The translations under genes were made by a program, and so were the position numbers. The notes under the pieces were generated by a model. It was not told the DNA's origin, did no database searches, and saw only the letters and a list, made by a program, of their open reading frames with translations. A stretch of DNA of 64,000 bases from Crocinitomicaceae bacterium (GTDB lineage: Bacteria > Bacteroidota > Bacteroidia > Flavobacteriales_D > Crocinitomicaceae): the NCBI GenBank assembly GCA_029251865.1, contig JAQXCN010000030.1, positions 6,141-70,140 on the forward strand, written 5' to 3'. This document shows, in pieces, positions 16,927 to 25,318 of this stretch (positions within the stretch are counted from its first letter, which is position 1; the number at the start of each line of letters is the position of its first letter).

Positions 16927-17592
16927 TTAGAGAATGGACTCTCCGTTCAGGTCGGACGTCAGCACATCGCCCATATAATTTAAAAAGGGTCGAATGGTAT
17001 TAAAATGATCGATCATCCATTGCTCAAACTTCGCATCAAAAAGCAGTTCATCAGGTATTTCTTTAGTAAAGATAAATTGCTTGAAACGTAGGTTATTAAT
17101 CCCTGGATGTTCCTTGTCAAAACCTTTGGGTGCAGTTTTTAATTGGTCGCCTTTCATGGTCCCCCAAGTTTCTGTTAGGGTTTTCGCCCTTGACATCTTC
17201 TCAAAGTATTCATGGTCCATTTCTATTTCTTTACGGACGCGAAATAAATCATCTTTATTTGGCCCCCAAAAGCCTGCGCCAAAGAACGATGCTCCTGGTT
17301 CAAGGTGCAGGTAATACCCGCCTCGAAATTGTGGCTTAATGCGGTGAAACCCGATGCCAAAATGAGATTTATAGGGGGTTTTGTTTTTTGAAAAACGCAC
17401 GTCTCGATAGACACGAAACACCTTTTGGCCGTCCAGTTGGTTTTCGTCGCTTAAACGTTCAAATAGGTCTTGCGTAAATTGAAGAACATGTGCTCGTGCC
17501 GCGTCGTGTTTGTGCTTATTGTCTTTAAACCAATCACGGTTGTTGTTTTCTCGAAGCTCCTCGAGAAATGGAAAGATCGAAGGGTGTAGCAT
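16927..17592 (-). CDS. DUF2461 (TIGR02453) family protein
   Basis: FLEELRENNNRDWFKDNK...FRVYRDVRFSKNKTPYKSHFG is the characteristic pattern. Confidence 0.8.
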   Translation of the reverse strand: MLHPSIFPFLEELRENNNRDWFKDNKHKHDAARAHVLQFTQDLFERLSDENQLDGQKVFRVYRDVRFSKNKTPYKSHFGIGFHRIKPQFRGGYYLHLEPGASFFGAGFWGPNKDDLFRVRKEIEMDHEYFEKMSRAKTLTETWGTMKGDQLKTAPKGFDKEHPGINNLRFKQFIFTKEIPDELLFDAKFEQWMIDHFNTIRPFLNYMGDVLTSDLNGESIL

Positions 17593-17630
17593 TGTCCGTT
17601 GTTTTTTTGCGTACTGAAAATAAGGATTTC

Positions 17631-18416
17631 TTATGAATCAATGGCATTAAACGAGCTTACAATGCCTTTAATGAGTGCCGAGCTAAATCCATTATGTTCC
17701 ATTTCATTGAGCCCCGATATGGTACAGCCCTTAGGCGTAGTCACCTTGTCAATCTCAAATTCAGGGTGCTGACCCCCAGAAATAAGCAGCTCTGCTGCAC
17801 CCTTAACGGTCTGGTTGACAATGGCACTTGCGGTTTTTGAGTCAAAGCCAATTTGAACACCTCCTTGAACCATTCCGCGCATAAAACGAAGTACAAATGC
17901 GACGCCACAGGCTCCTAAAACCGTGGCGGCATCCATCAAAGTCTCATCAATGCGAATTGTACTTCCAATGGTATTAAAGCATTCTTCTATGAGCGCATCA
18001 TGAATATTGTTATTTGCAGCAATACAGGTCATTGAAGCCCCAACATCAGCGGCGGTATTGGGCATAGCGCGATAGATAGGAATATTGCATTGCGCGGTAT
18101 CTTTGAGATCTGAAATCATAACACCTGTTGCAAGTGAAACGATGACTTGTTTTTTGGAATTTAAATGTGGAGCTAAATCCTTTAGTACTTCCAAAACGTT
18201 GTAAGGTTTGAGCGCCAATAAGATGAGGTTTGCGTTTTCAATGGCTTGGATATTATCGTCAAGAATACGCACGCCTTCTTTCTCGAAATGCTTAATAGCA
18301 CTTGTATCCCTTTTCGTGACAACAAGATTTACATTTTTTGCACTTTTGATGAGGCCTTTTAAGATGGCTTGCCCTAAATTTCCACAGCCAATAATAGTGA
18401 TGTTTTTGCCTTCCAT
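17631..18416 (-). CDS. proC: pyrroline-5-carboxylate reductase
   Basis: Rossmann motif ITIIGCGNLGQAI and C-terminal dimerisation pattern (VTTPKGCTISGLNEME). Confidence 0.9.
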   Translation of the reverse strand: MEGKNITIIGCGNLGQAILKGLIKSAKNVNLVVTKRDTSAIKHFEKEGVRILDDNIQAIENANLILLALKPYNVLEVLKDLAPHLNSKKQVIVSLATGVMISDLKDTAQCNIPIYRAMPNTAADVGASMTCIAANNNIHDALIEECFNTIGSTIRIDETLMDAATVLGACGVAFVLRFMRGMVQGGVQIGFDSKTASAIVNQTVKGAAELLISGGQHPEFEIDKVTTPKGCTISGLNEMEHNGFSSALIKGIVSSFNAIDS

Positions 18417-18461
18417 AGGAATGAATTTGGCGGCAAAGGTAGGGTTTTATATAGTTTTAGT

Positions 18462-19094
18462 TTATGGCGTCTTTTTTAATGGGGTATTCAACGGTTCTTT
18501 CTTTAAGTCAAGCGGTTCAACTTCGCCCATTTCTTGCTGGTAAATTACCTTTCCAACGATAGGGACAGCCTCTGGGGGTGTTGTATTTTGTATGGTTTCG
18601 TTGGAGGGTTTGTCAAAGTCAGGTTGCGCTATATTTCCAAGTGTTGTTTCTCTAATGGGATTCGTTTCTTTTTGAACCTCTGGCGCTATGGTATCTCCAA
18701 TCAATGTATCCGAATGAATAATTTGCCGAACCTGTTGCTTTTTTACCCCATCTGATTTATGATTCTCGGTACACCCTGAAATGAGCATGATCAAGCTCAA
18801 AGATCCAAGTAGTGATATACGCAGTGGCTTGAAGCGAATTTTATCCTCTATATTTTTATAGAGGCGTTTCAGTTTTATTTCAAGAGGTGCGTCCTTTTTT
18901 TTAGGGACCAATATGCGGCCACAAATTTGAGCTTTACTATTATGAGAGAGGTAGTTTGCGATGTCTTCCTGAGACATAACCGTAAAATCTACTACTGTTT
19001 TATCACAAATCCCGCAATGTCGACCTTCCTTATTTGGTGACATTTTGGTCCAGTCCTCATGGCATGGTGTTTCGATTTTTAATTCTTGATGCAT
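18462..19094 (-). CDS. hypothetical protein with N-terminal Cys-rich (CxxC) segment and one TM
   Basis: The N-terminus reads PCHEDWTKM...RHCGICDKTVVDF, followed by a TM (ISLLGSLSLIMLISGC) and a low-complexity tail. Confidence 0.5.
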   Translation of the reverse strand: MHQELKIETPCHEDWTKMSPNKEGRHCGICDKTVVDFTVMSQEDIANYLSHNSKAQICGRILVPKKKDAPLEIKLKRLYKNIEDKIRFKPLRISLLGSLSLIMLISGCTENHKSDGVKKQQVRQIIHSDTLIGDTIAPEVQKETNPIRETTLGNIAQPDFDKPSNETIQNTTPPEAVPIVGKVIYQQEMGEVEPLDLKKEPLNTPLKKTP

Positions 19095-19152
19095 TTTTTA
19101 ATGCAGTACACCATTTCTAAAAAAACGTTCATTGCTGTTAAAAAAGAAGTCA

Positions 19153-19181
19153 TAAAAAAGGCAAGGAGGACTCCTTGCCTT
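19153..19181 (-). terminator. Rho-independent terminator after the porin gene
   Basis: 11-bp stem AAGGCAAGGAG/CTCCTTGCCTT, followed on the minus strand by a T run. Confidence 0.7.
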
Positions 19182-19206
19182 GGTTCTTTAAAACAAGAGC
19201 TTGTAT

Positions 19207-20319
19207 TTAGAAATTGAATTCAGTTTGTAACCTGATTAACAACATGTCATTTTTTGTGGCTTCTTGAGTAATTCCTATATCGCCTTGAATCTTGAGGTTG
19301 TGTCCTACAACATACCTTGAGAACCCAATCGTGTATTGGTTCACATTATTATAATAATCTTTTAATTCAGGTGTAAGTTGCGTAAACCTACCTGCAATCT
19401 CCCAATTGTTCTTGAATAGGTAACCAGCCTGAAGGTTGAGTGCTGAACCTGTATAGTAAGCTTCATCTAAATTATTGACAGCACCATCAATTGCTTTTCT
19501 GTCTGCATACTCTCCAAAAAAGGATAAACCTTTATATTTAAAATGTGCATCTGCCTGGAAGCTCTGAAGGTCTCTCAGTTCTCCTACTAGATAATCTCCT
19601 TTTTGACCTCTTGTTCGCATTGCGTTATCATTATAATCGTAAGTTAAGCTTAACATAAGTTTTGGTGTTTCCTCTCTCTTGAGGTCAGAGGCAAAGTAAT
19701 CTCCTTTACCGGTAAACTTCCCAAAAGGCAACAACTCAAGCCTTGCTGTATAACCATTACCGGATGAAGACCCAGATTGGTTGAGCCCTTCACCTTGGGA
19801 CACAGCAAATTTCTCTCTTACTAAAAAGGATTTTCCAAGCTTGAAATGGTGTCTCAATTGAAAGCCTGCATCACGGTCTAAAGTAAATCTAGAGTTAAGA
19901 AGGGATCGGTCAACAAGCTGCAACTTCTGAGAAGAGAATACCCGTTCTATATTTCCCGGAAGTTTTGTTTGACCAAACCAAACAGTCCAGTTTCCTGTAA
20001 AATTCCATTTGATGACGGCATCCAATACTTGTCCATTGGCAACATCGTATTCGAATTTATACTGAACTTTTGGGCTAAAAGCAAAACCAGAACCTTTGAT
20101 CCTTGCGCGGCGAACCCAAGCTTTATCTGAGAAGCTACTATCTCCAAAATCAAGCGTTCCATCATAGCGCGTTTGAAATCTAAAAGCCACTTTTGTTGAC
20201 CATGAAGAATCTTGAGACATAACATTTATAATCCCTTTTCCAAAAGGATTATTCGTTACATCTTGTGCAACTAACAAGGAAATTACTAGCGTAAAAGGGA
20301 TAAATAATAATTTTTTCAT
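19207..20319 (-). CDS. porin (phosphate-selective OprO/OprP-like family)
   Basis: Signal peptide, beta-barrel pattern and a terminal F. WVRRARIKGSGFAFSPKVQYKFEYD is typical of the family. It lies divergent to the Na/Pi cotransporter. Confidence 0.65.
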   Translation of the reverse strand: MKKLLFIPFTLVISLLVAQDVTNNPFGKGIINVMSQDSSWSTKVAFRFQTRYDGTLDFGDSSFSDKAWVRRARIKGSGFAFSPKVQYKFEYDVANGQVLDAVIKWNFTGNWTVWFGQTKLPGNIERVFSSQKLQLVDRSLLNSRFTLDRDAGFQLRHHFKLGKSFLVREKFAVSQGEGLNQSGSSSGNGYTARLELLPFGKFTGKGDYFASDLKREETPKLMLSLTYDYNDNAMRTRGQKGDYLVGELRDLQSFQADAHFKYKGLSFFGEYADRKAIDGAVNNLDEAYYTGSALNLQAGYLFKNNWEIAGRFTQLTPELKDYYNNVNQYTIGFSRYVVGHNLKIQGDIGITQEATKNDMLLIRLQTEFNF

Positions 20320-20389
20320 TTTTTCATTTTTGAAATCCGGTACAAAGAATGGAATTTTATTTCTTAGTTAATATCATTTTAATTCATTC

Positions 20390-20404
20390 TTAACAATATG
20401 TTAA
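20390..20404. promoter_or_regulatory. perfect palindrome TTAACA-ATA-TGTTAA, candidate operator
   Basis: Seen in the porin / Na-Pi divergent intergenic region. The 8-mer TTAACAAT recurs at 20507-20514. Confidence 0.3.
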
Positions 20405-20532
20405 TATGCGTAGTAAAAGGATGATATATTGTCTTAATATAAGTGGGCTTTAATCATTAGTTATCTATAAATCAATGATTTATGTTTTTTTAATGTTATC
20501 GAATCGTTAACAATCGGAGCATTGTAATAAGA

Positions 20533-20550
20533 GTTCCTTACTGTTCCTTA
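20533..20550 (+). promoter_or_regulatory. tandem direct repeat GTTCCTTA-CT-GTTCCTTA (10-nt period), candidate response-regulator site
   Basis: The repeat abuts and overlaps the -7 box at 20549-20556, upstream of the Na/Pi cotransporter. Confidence 0.3.
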
Positions 20551-20556
20551 ATTTTG
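20549..20556 (+). promoter_or_regulatory. Bacteroidetes-type -7 box TAATTTTG
   Basis: Matches TAnnTTTG and lies about 26 nt upstream of the ATG at 20582. Confidence 0.45.
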
Positions 20557-20581
20557 TGGGTATAACTAATAATTTGATACT

Positions 20582-22753
20582 ATGAAATCGCTTTTATTTT
20601 GTCTTACCCTATTTTCAAGTGCTTTGTTTGCATTCGCGCAAAACGAGCCTATTAATGCGGATACAGCTAAAATCAATCTTGAAATTCCCGCTGAAGATAC
20701 TGTGGCGCGTATTGAAGTAGATAAGGAAGTCTTTGTTAATTTAAAATCTCATTCTAAACCGGACGGTTTGGAAATAACATGGAGCTTAGATTATGCTGCA
20801 TTGTCCAATTTAGCAGACAAAAATCTTGTAATAAAGTACAATACAAATATTGGCGCAAAACGAAATAAGAAAGGTTATGAAGGGAGTGATTGGAAATACA
20901 GCGAACCATTTGAACTCAATAAAACAAGTTATGAGGTAAAAGATTTAATTGGAGGCGAGAAGTATGAGCTATATATCGGTCTTGTAGATTCTTCAGTTGA
21001 AAATGTAACAAAGGAGTCAGACGTGATTTGGTCAGCGAAAGTTAAAGCCAAAACAGAAAGAGGTTGGGGTGTTATGAAGCTATTGATCTTAATAGGTTCT
21101 TTGGGGCTATTTATTTTTGGAATGAAAGTCATGAGTGATGGAATGCAAAGAACGGCAGGTGAACGCCTTCGTAAAATGCTAGGGTCGATTACTTCAAATA
21201 GGTTTAAGGGCGTAATAACTGGTTTTAGTACTACAGCAATAGTTCAATCTTCTTCTGTAACAACAGTAATGACGGTTAGCTTGGTAAATGCAGGACTGTT
21301 GAATCTTAGACAATCGGCAGGTGTAATGATGGGGGCCAATATAGGTACCACAATTACAGCTTGGCTCGTACTTCTACTTGGTTTTAAGGTTAGTATTTCA
21401 AGTTATGCTTTAGTGCTTATTGCGATTGGAGCTCCGCTTCTTTTCATGTCTTTTAGAAAGTCAAAGGACCTGGCCAATGCTATTATTGGTTTTGCCATCT
21501 TGTTTATCGGTCTTCAGTTCTTAAAGGACGCTGTCCCTGATTTAGATAAAGATTCTGCTTTAGTTCAGTTTTTTGTTAACTACAAAGACATTCCATTTTT
21601 TAGTAATCTAATGTTTGTTTTATTGGGAACCGTAGTAACGGTTGTAATCCAATCCTCTAGTGCAGCTATGGCATTAACATTGACAATGGTATCGAAGGGA
21701 ATTATTCCATTTGAGGTAGCATGTGCAATGGTTCTTGGTGAGAATATTGGTACTACAATTACAGCTGAGCTTGCTTCTTTAGTTGGGAACGTTCACGCCA
21801 AAAGATCAGCAAGAATTCACTCTTTATTTAACATTGTAGGTGTTACTTGGATGCTAATTGTAATTCCATTCTTCTTGGATGGTATTGGATGGATTATCGG
21901 CCAAAGCCATGGTGTAGCATTCGACCCAACTAACACGTCATTTTCAACGGAAGGAATAGCTTTATTCCACACATTGTTCAACGCAGCTAACGTGCTTCTT
22001 CTTATTGGCTTTGTCCCTTACTTGGTTAGAGTTGCAGAGCGTAGTGTAAAGTCTAAGGGAGAAACAGATGAAGAATTTAAACTTGATTACATCACAGGTG
22101 CAGGAGGCATAAGTGTTCCAGAGGTAGCTATACTTGAGGCGAAAAAAGAGGTCGCAAAATTTGGTGAGGTTACAACAAGAATGAATGAATTTGTAAGGAC
22201 CTTGATTAATGATCAAGATAAAAAAACTAGGAACAAGATGTTCAATAAAATCCAAAAGTATGAGGAAATAACGGATCGGGTTGAAGTAGAGGTTGCGAAT
22301 TATTTGGACCAAGTTGCTACCCAAGAGGTCAGCCCTGAAGTTTCTACCCAAATAAGAAGTATGTTGAGTATCACAAATGATCTCGAGCGAATAGGAGATA
22401 TTTACTATCAGATTTCTAAAACCATTGAAAGAAAAGATGATCAGAAGATTTACTTCCTTCCGGAACAGCGGGAGAATCTAAATAAGATGCTCGATTATAT
22501 TCATAAAGCCTTTTCGGTAATGAATGTAAATTTAAACGCTGAGTTCGGCCATATCAATATGGATGATGCTGTAAAGGCTGAAAGAGAGGTGAATCAATTA
22601 AGAAATCAATTGAAAAAGTCTTACCTAGAAAATGCTGAGAAGGGAGAGTACAAATTCCAATCAGGAATTCTTTATAACGACATTTTCTCCTCATGTGAAA
22701 AGGTAGGTGATCATATTATTAATGTAAGCGAGGCTATCGCAGGTGAAGTATAA
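20582..22753 (+). CDS. Na/Pi cotransporter family protein with PhoU-like C-terminal region and an N-terminal secreted extension
   Basis: Duplicated NptA repeats (IVQSSSVTTVMTVSLV / VIQSSSAAMALTLTMV) and C-terminal PhoU-like helices. There is an extra signal peptide plus a domain of about 160 aa at the N-terminus. Confidence 0.88.
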   Translation: MKSLLFCLTLFSSALFAFAQNEPINADTAKINLEIPAEDTVARIEVDKEVFVNLKSHSKPDGLEITWSLDYAALSNLADKNLVIKYNTNIGAKRNKKGYEGSDWKYSEPFELNKTSYEVKDLIGGEKYELYIGLVDSSVENVTKESDVIWSAKVKAKTERGWGVMKLLILIGSLGLFIFGMKVMSDGMQRTAGERLRKMLGSITSNRFKGVITGFSTTAIVQSSSVTTVMTVSLVNAGLLNLRQSAGVMMGANIGTTITAWLVLLLGFKVSISSYALVLIAIGAPLLFMSFRKSKDLANAIIGFAILFIGLQFLKDAVPDLDKDSALVQFFVNYKDIPFFSNLMFVLLGTVVTVVIQSSSAAMALTLTMVSKGIIPFEVACAMVLGENIGTTITAELASLVGNVHAKRSARIHSLFNIVGVTWMLIVIPFFLDGIGWIIGQSHGVAFDPTNTSFSTEGIALFHTLFNAANVLLLIGFVPYLVRVAERSVKSKGETDEEFKLDYITGAGGISVPEVAILEAKKEVAKFGEVTTRMNEFVRTLINDQDKKTRNKMFNKIQKYEEITDRVEVEVANYLDQVATQEVSPEVSTQIRSMLSITNDLERIGDIYYQISKTIERKDDQKIYFLPEQRENLNKMLDYIHKAFSVMNVNLNAEFGHINMDDAVKAEREVNQLRNQLKKSYLENAEKGEYKFQSGILYNDIFSSCEKVGDHIINVSEAIAGEV

Positions 22754-22759
22754 TTAAAG

Positions 22760-23233
22760 ATGAAATTAAGTCAATTTATTGCACATTTAAATCAATTAGA
22801 CGCCCTATCGTTTCGGCTTGAAAGTGGTGTTCAGGTTCCATCTCACTTTCATATTACTGAATTGGGTATGACAAGCAAAACATATATTGATTGTGGCGGA
22901 ACGCTTAGAGAAGATCTTTTTGTCTCTTTTCAATTGTGGTCAGCTGATGACACGGCACATAGGCTATCCCCTGCCAAAGCGATTGATATTATTAACGCTG
23001 CAGCACAGAAGATTCAATTGCTTGATGCTGAGGTAGAAGTTGAATATCAAAGCGACACGGTAGGTAAATATGGTTTATCATTTGGAACAGATGGCTTTGA
23101 ATTACAAAGTAAAAAAACAGCTTGTTTGGCAGAGGACCAATGTGGGATTTCACCACAAAAGCAAAAGGTGGATATGACAGCGCTAAACAATAAAGATAAT
23201 AATGCCTGTACTCCGGGTTCAGGGTGCTGTTAA
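22760..23233 (+). CDS. DUF6428-like protein with Cys-rich C-terminus
   Basis: HFHITELGMTSKTYIDCGG...FQLWSADDTAHRL resembles the DUF6428 pattern as I remember it. The tail is ...ACTPGSGCC. Confidence 0.45.
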   Translation: MKLSQFIAHLNQLDALSFRLESGVQVPSHFHITELGMTSKTYIDCGGTLREDLFVSFQLWSADDTAHRLSPAKAIDIINAAAQKIQLLDAEVEVEYQSDTVGKYGLSFGTDGFELQSKKTACLAEDQCGISPQKQKVDMTALNNKDNNACTPGSGCC

Positions 23234-23237
23234 GAAG

Positions 23238-24353
23238 ATGTCACAAAAAGAAAAGTTAGTAGATATTGCGAAGTTGTTCCTTAAAATGGGAACCATATCT
23301 TTCGGAGGTCCAGCAGCACATATCGCAATGATGGAAGATGAGGTTGTCCGCAAGCGAAAGTGGATGAGTCAAGAACATTTTCTGGATCTAATAGGTGCGA
23401 CCAATTTAATACCAGGGCCTAATTCTACGGAAATGACCATGCATTGTGGTTACGAACGCGCAGGCTGGAAGGGTCTCATAGTGGCAGGGATGTCTTTCTT
23501 AATTCCTGCCATTTTAATTACAGGTTTTTTTGCATGGTTTTATGTTTCTTATGGACAATTACCCGCGGTAAAACCCTTTATATATGGAATACAACCGGCT
23601 GTAATTGCAATTATTGTAATGGCGGCATATAAACTTGGTAAGAAGGCGTTAAAAACGTGGCAGCTTGGTGTTTTAGGACTTTTAACAATTACAGCTTGTC
23701 TTTTCGGTCTTAGTGAAGTTTTGGCTTTGTTTACGTGTGGTTTTACAGGACTAATCCTTTATTTTTTAAAAACCAACGAATCTAAATTAAAGTCGTTTCT
23801 CCCATTTACCTTAGCGGGTGCACTTCCTTTTGGAGGGTCCTTAAAAATCTTACTCACCTTTTTGAAGGTCGGTGCTATTTTATACGGAAGCGGATATGTC
23901 CTGTTTGCCTTTTTGGAGGCAGAACTTGTAGCAAATAATTTATTGACAAGACAAGAGTTAATGGATGCTATTGCAATTGGTCAATTCACACCGGGCCCAG
24001 TCCTATCAACGGCAACTTTTATTGGCTACCAATTGAATGGATTTTCAGGTGCTGTAATGGCAACATTAGGCATCTTTTTACCTTCCTTTTTATTTGTGGC
24101 ATTTTTGAACCCATTGATTCCTAGAATGCAAAAGTCCAAGCCTTTGCGTAGTTTTTTGGATGCGGTGAATATTGGTGCAGTTGCGGTTATCATTGTGGTA
24201 TGTCTGCAAATGGCAAGGGAGACCACTACGGATTGGCGCATGATGTTGATTGCGGCCATCACACTGATTATTGTTTTTGTGTTTAAAAAATTGAATAGTG
24301 CCTACATCGTATTGTTCGGTGCTCTCTTTGGTTATGTGCTAAGTCTTATTTGA
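23238..24353 (+). CDS. chrA: chromate transporter
   Basis: Duplicated CHR domains (FGGPAAHIAMMEDEVV...GATNLIPGPNSTEM and GQFTPGPVLSTATFIGY). The ATG at 23238 avoids overlap with the upstream stop at 23231-23233. Confidence 0.9.
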   Translation: MSQKEKLVDIAKLFLKMGTISFGGPAAHIAMMEDEVVRKRKWMSQEHFLDLIGATNLIPGPNSTEMTMHCGYERAGWKGLIVAGMSFLIPAILITGFFAWFYVSYGQLPAVKPFIYGIQPAVIAIIVMAAYKLGKKALKTWQLGVLGLLTITACLFGLSEVLALFTCGFTGLILYFLKTNESKLKSFLPFTLAGALPFGGSLKILLTFLKVGAILYGSGYVLFAFLEAELVANNLLTRQELMDAIAIGQFTPGPVLSTATFIGYQLNGFSGAVMATLGIFLPSFLFVAFLNPLIPRMQKSKPLRSFLDAVNIGAVAVIIVVCLQMARETTTDWRMMLIAAITLIIVFVFKKLNSAYIVLFGALFGYVLSLI

Positions 24354-24403
24354 AAGATTCAATAGTTGAGGATTTTTTAAGAAACAAGGTCAATTTTGTT
24401 TAA

Positions 24404-25315
24404 TTAAAACCCCACATCCCAATAAGTGAGTGTTCCACCCGCGAATATTCCCATACCATTTTCTACGTTTGAGTATACTTGTACTGGCGTCGCAAAAGGA
24501 TTTCCACTTGCGCTTTGATACATATTAAACGATTTTAGATAGTTGAAATAAGCTGCGCTGGTGTTAACTAATCTTATTTCGCCAAAAAGCTCTAGGTCTT
24601 TTAGTTCGGCATAATTGATCACACTAAAGGTAAGTGCGTAATCTTCTCCATCAAAATTCTCATCCTTGAGCATTAGATATAGATATGTATTTTCGAATCC
24701 TCCCGAATTGAATCTATTTATTGTTTCAACATTGATATCATTGCAAGAAATCTGCAGTGGTTCCCGGAATTCGATGGTATCTCCTTCAAATTCATCTATC
24801 CATGTTCCCTTGACCAAAACTTCGACCATATAGTAGTTTTCATTTGCAGACGGATCTTGAAAATTTATGGTTGTTTCCAAGATGTTCTCGCCATCGCTAT
24901 TGGTGCTGCTAACCGTGTCAATACTATTGATTTGAACAGCTGTTGGGATCCTATTTGTTGCGCTTACCGACGTATATCCAGGTGCATTCACTTCAATTGT
25001 GTATAGTTCGTCGGCCTGTGGAGTTGCGCCTGTAGGGGAGGTGTACAGCCCATCTCCTTGGTTCGTAAGTGCCGTCACTTGAACGCCGTTACCATCGAAA
25101 ATTGAGACATCTGCGTCCTCAATACTCGTATAGCTCGTTGTTTCTAAAACGCCAACACTTCGACTAATATTGGCAGTCCATAAAGAGTCATTTGTAAAAA
25201 GACTATTGACCACAATTCGTGGTGCAATATCTTGGGCATCGAACTCAATTTCTTTTGTACAATTCGTAAATAAAAGAAATGATGTAACGGATAAAAATAA
25301 AATAAGTTTTTTCAT
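24404..25315 (-). CDS. DUF4249 family lipoprotein
   Basis: Lipobox (LLFTNC). Its size and position immediately downstream of a CarbopepD-type TonB receptor match the usual pairing. Confidence 0.65.
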   Translation of the reverse strand: MKKLILFLSVTSFLLFTNCTKEIEFDAQDIAPRIVVNSLFTNDSLWTANISRSVGVLETTSYTSIEDADVSIFDGNGVQVTALTNQGDGLYTSPTGATPQADELYTIEVNAPGYTSVSATNRIPTAVQINSIDTVSSTNSDGENILETTINFQDPSANENYYMVEVLVKGTWIDEFEGDTIEFREPLQISCNDINVETINRFNSGGFENTYLYLMLKDENFDGEDYALTFSVINYAELKDLELFGEIRLVNTSAAYFNYLKSFNMYQSASGNPFATPVQVYSNVENGMGIFAGGTLTYWDVGF

Positions 25316-25318
25316 TTT

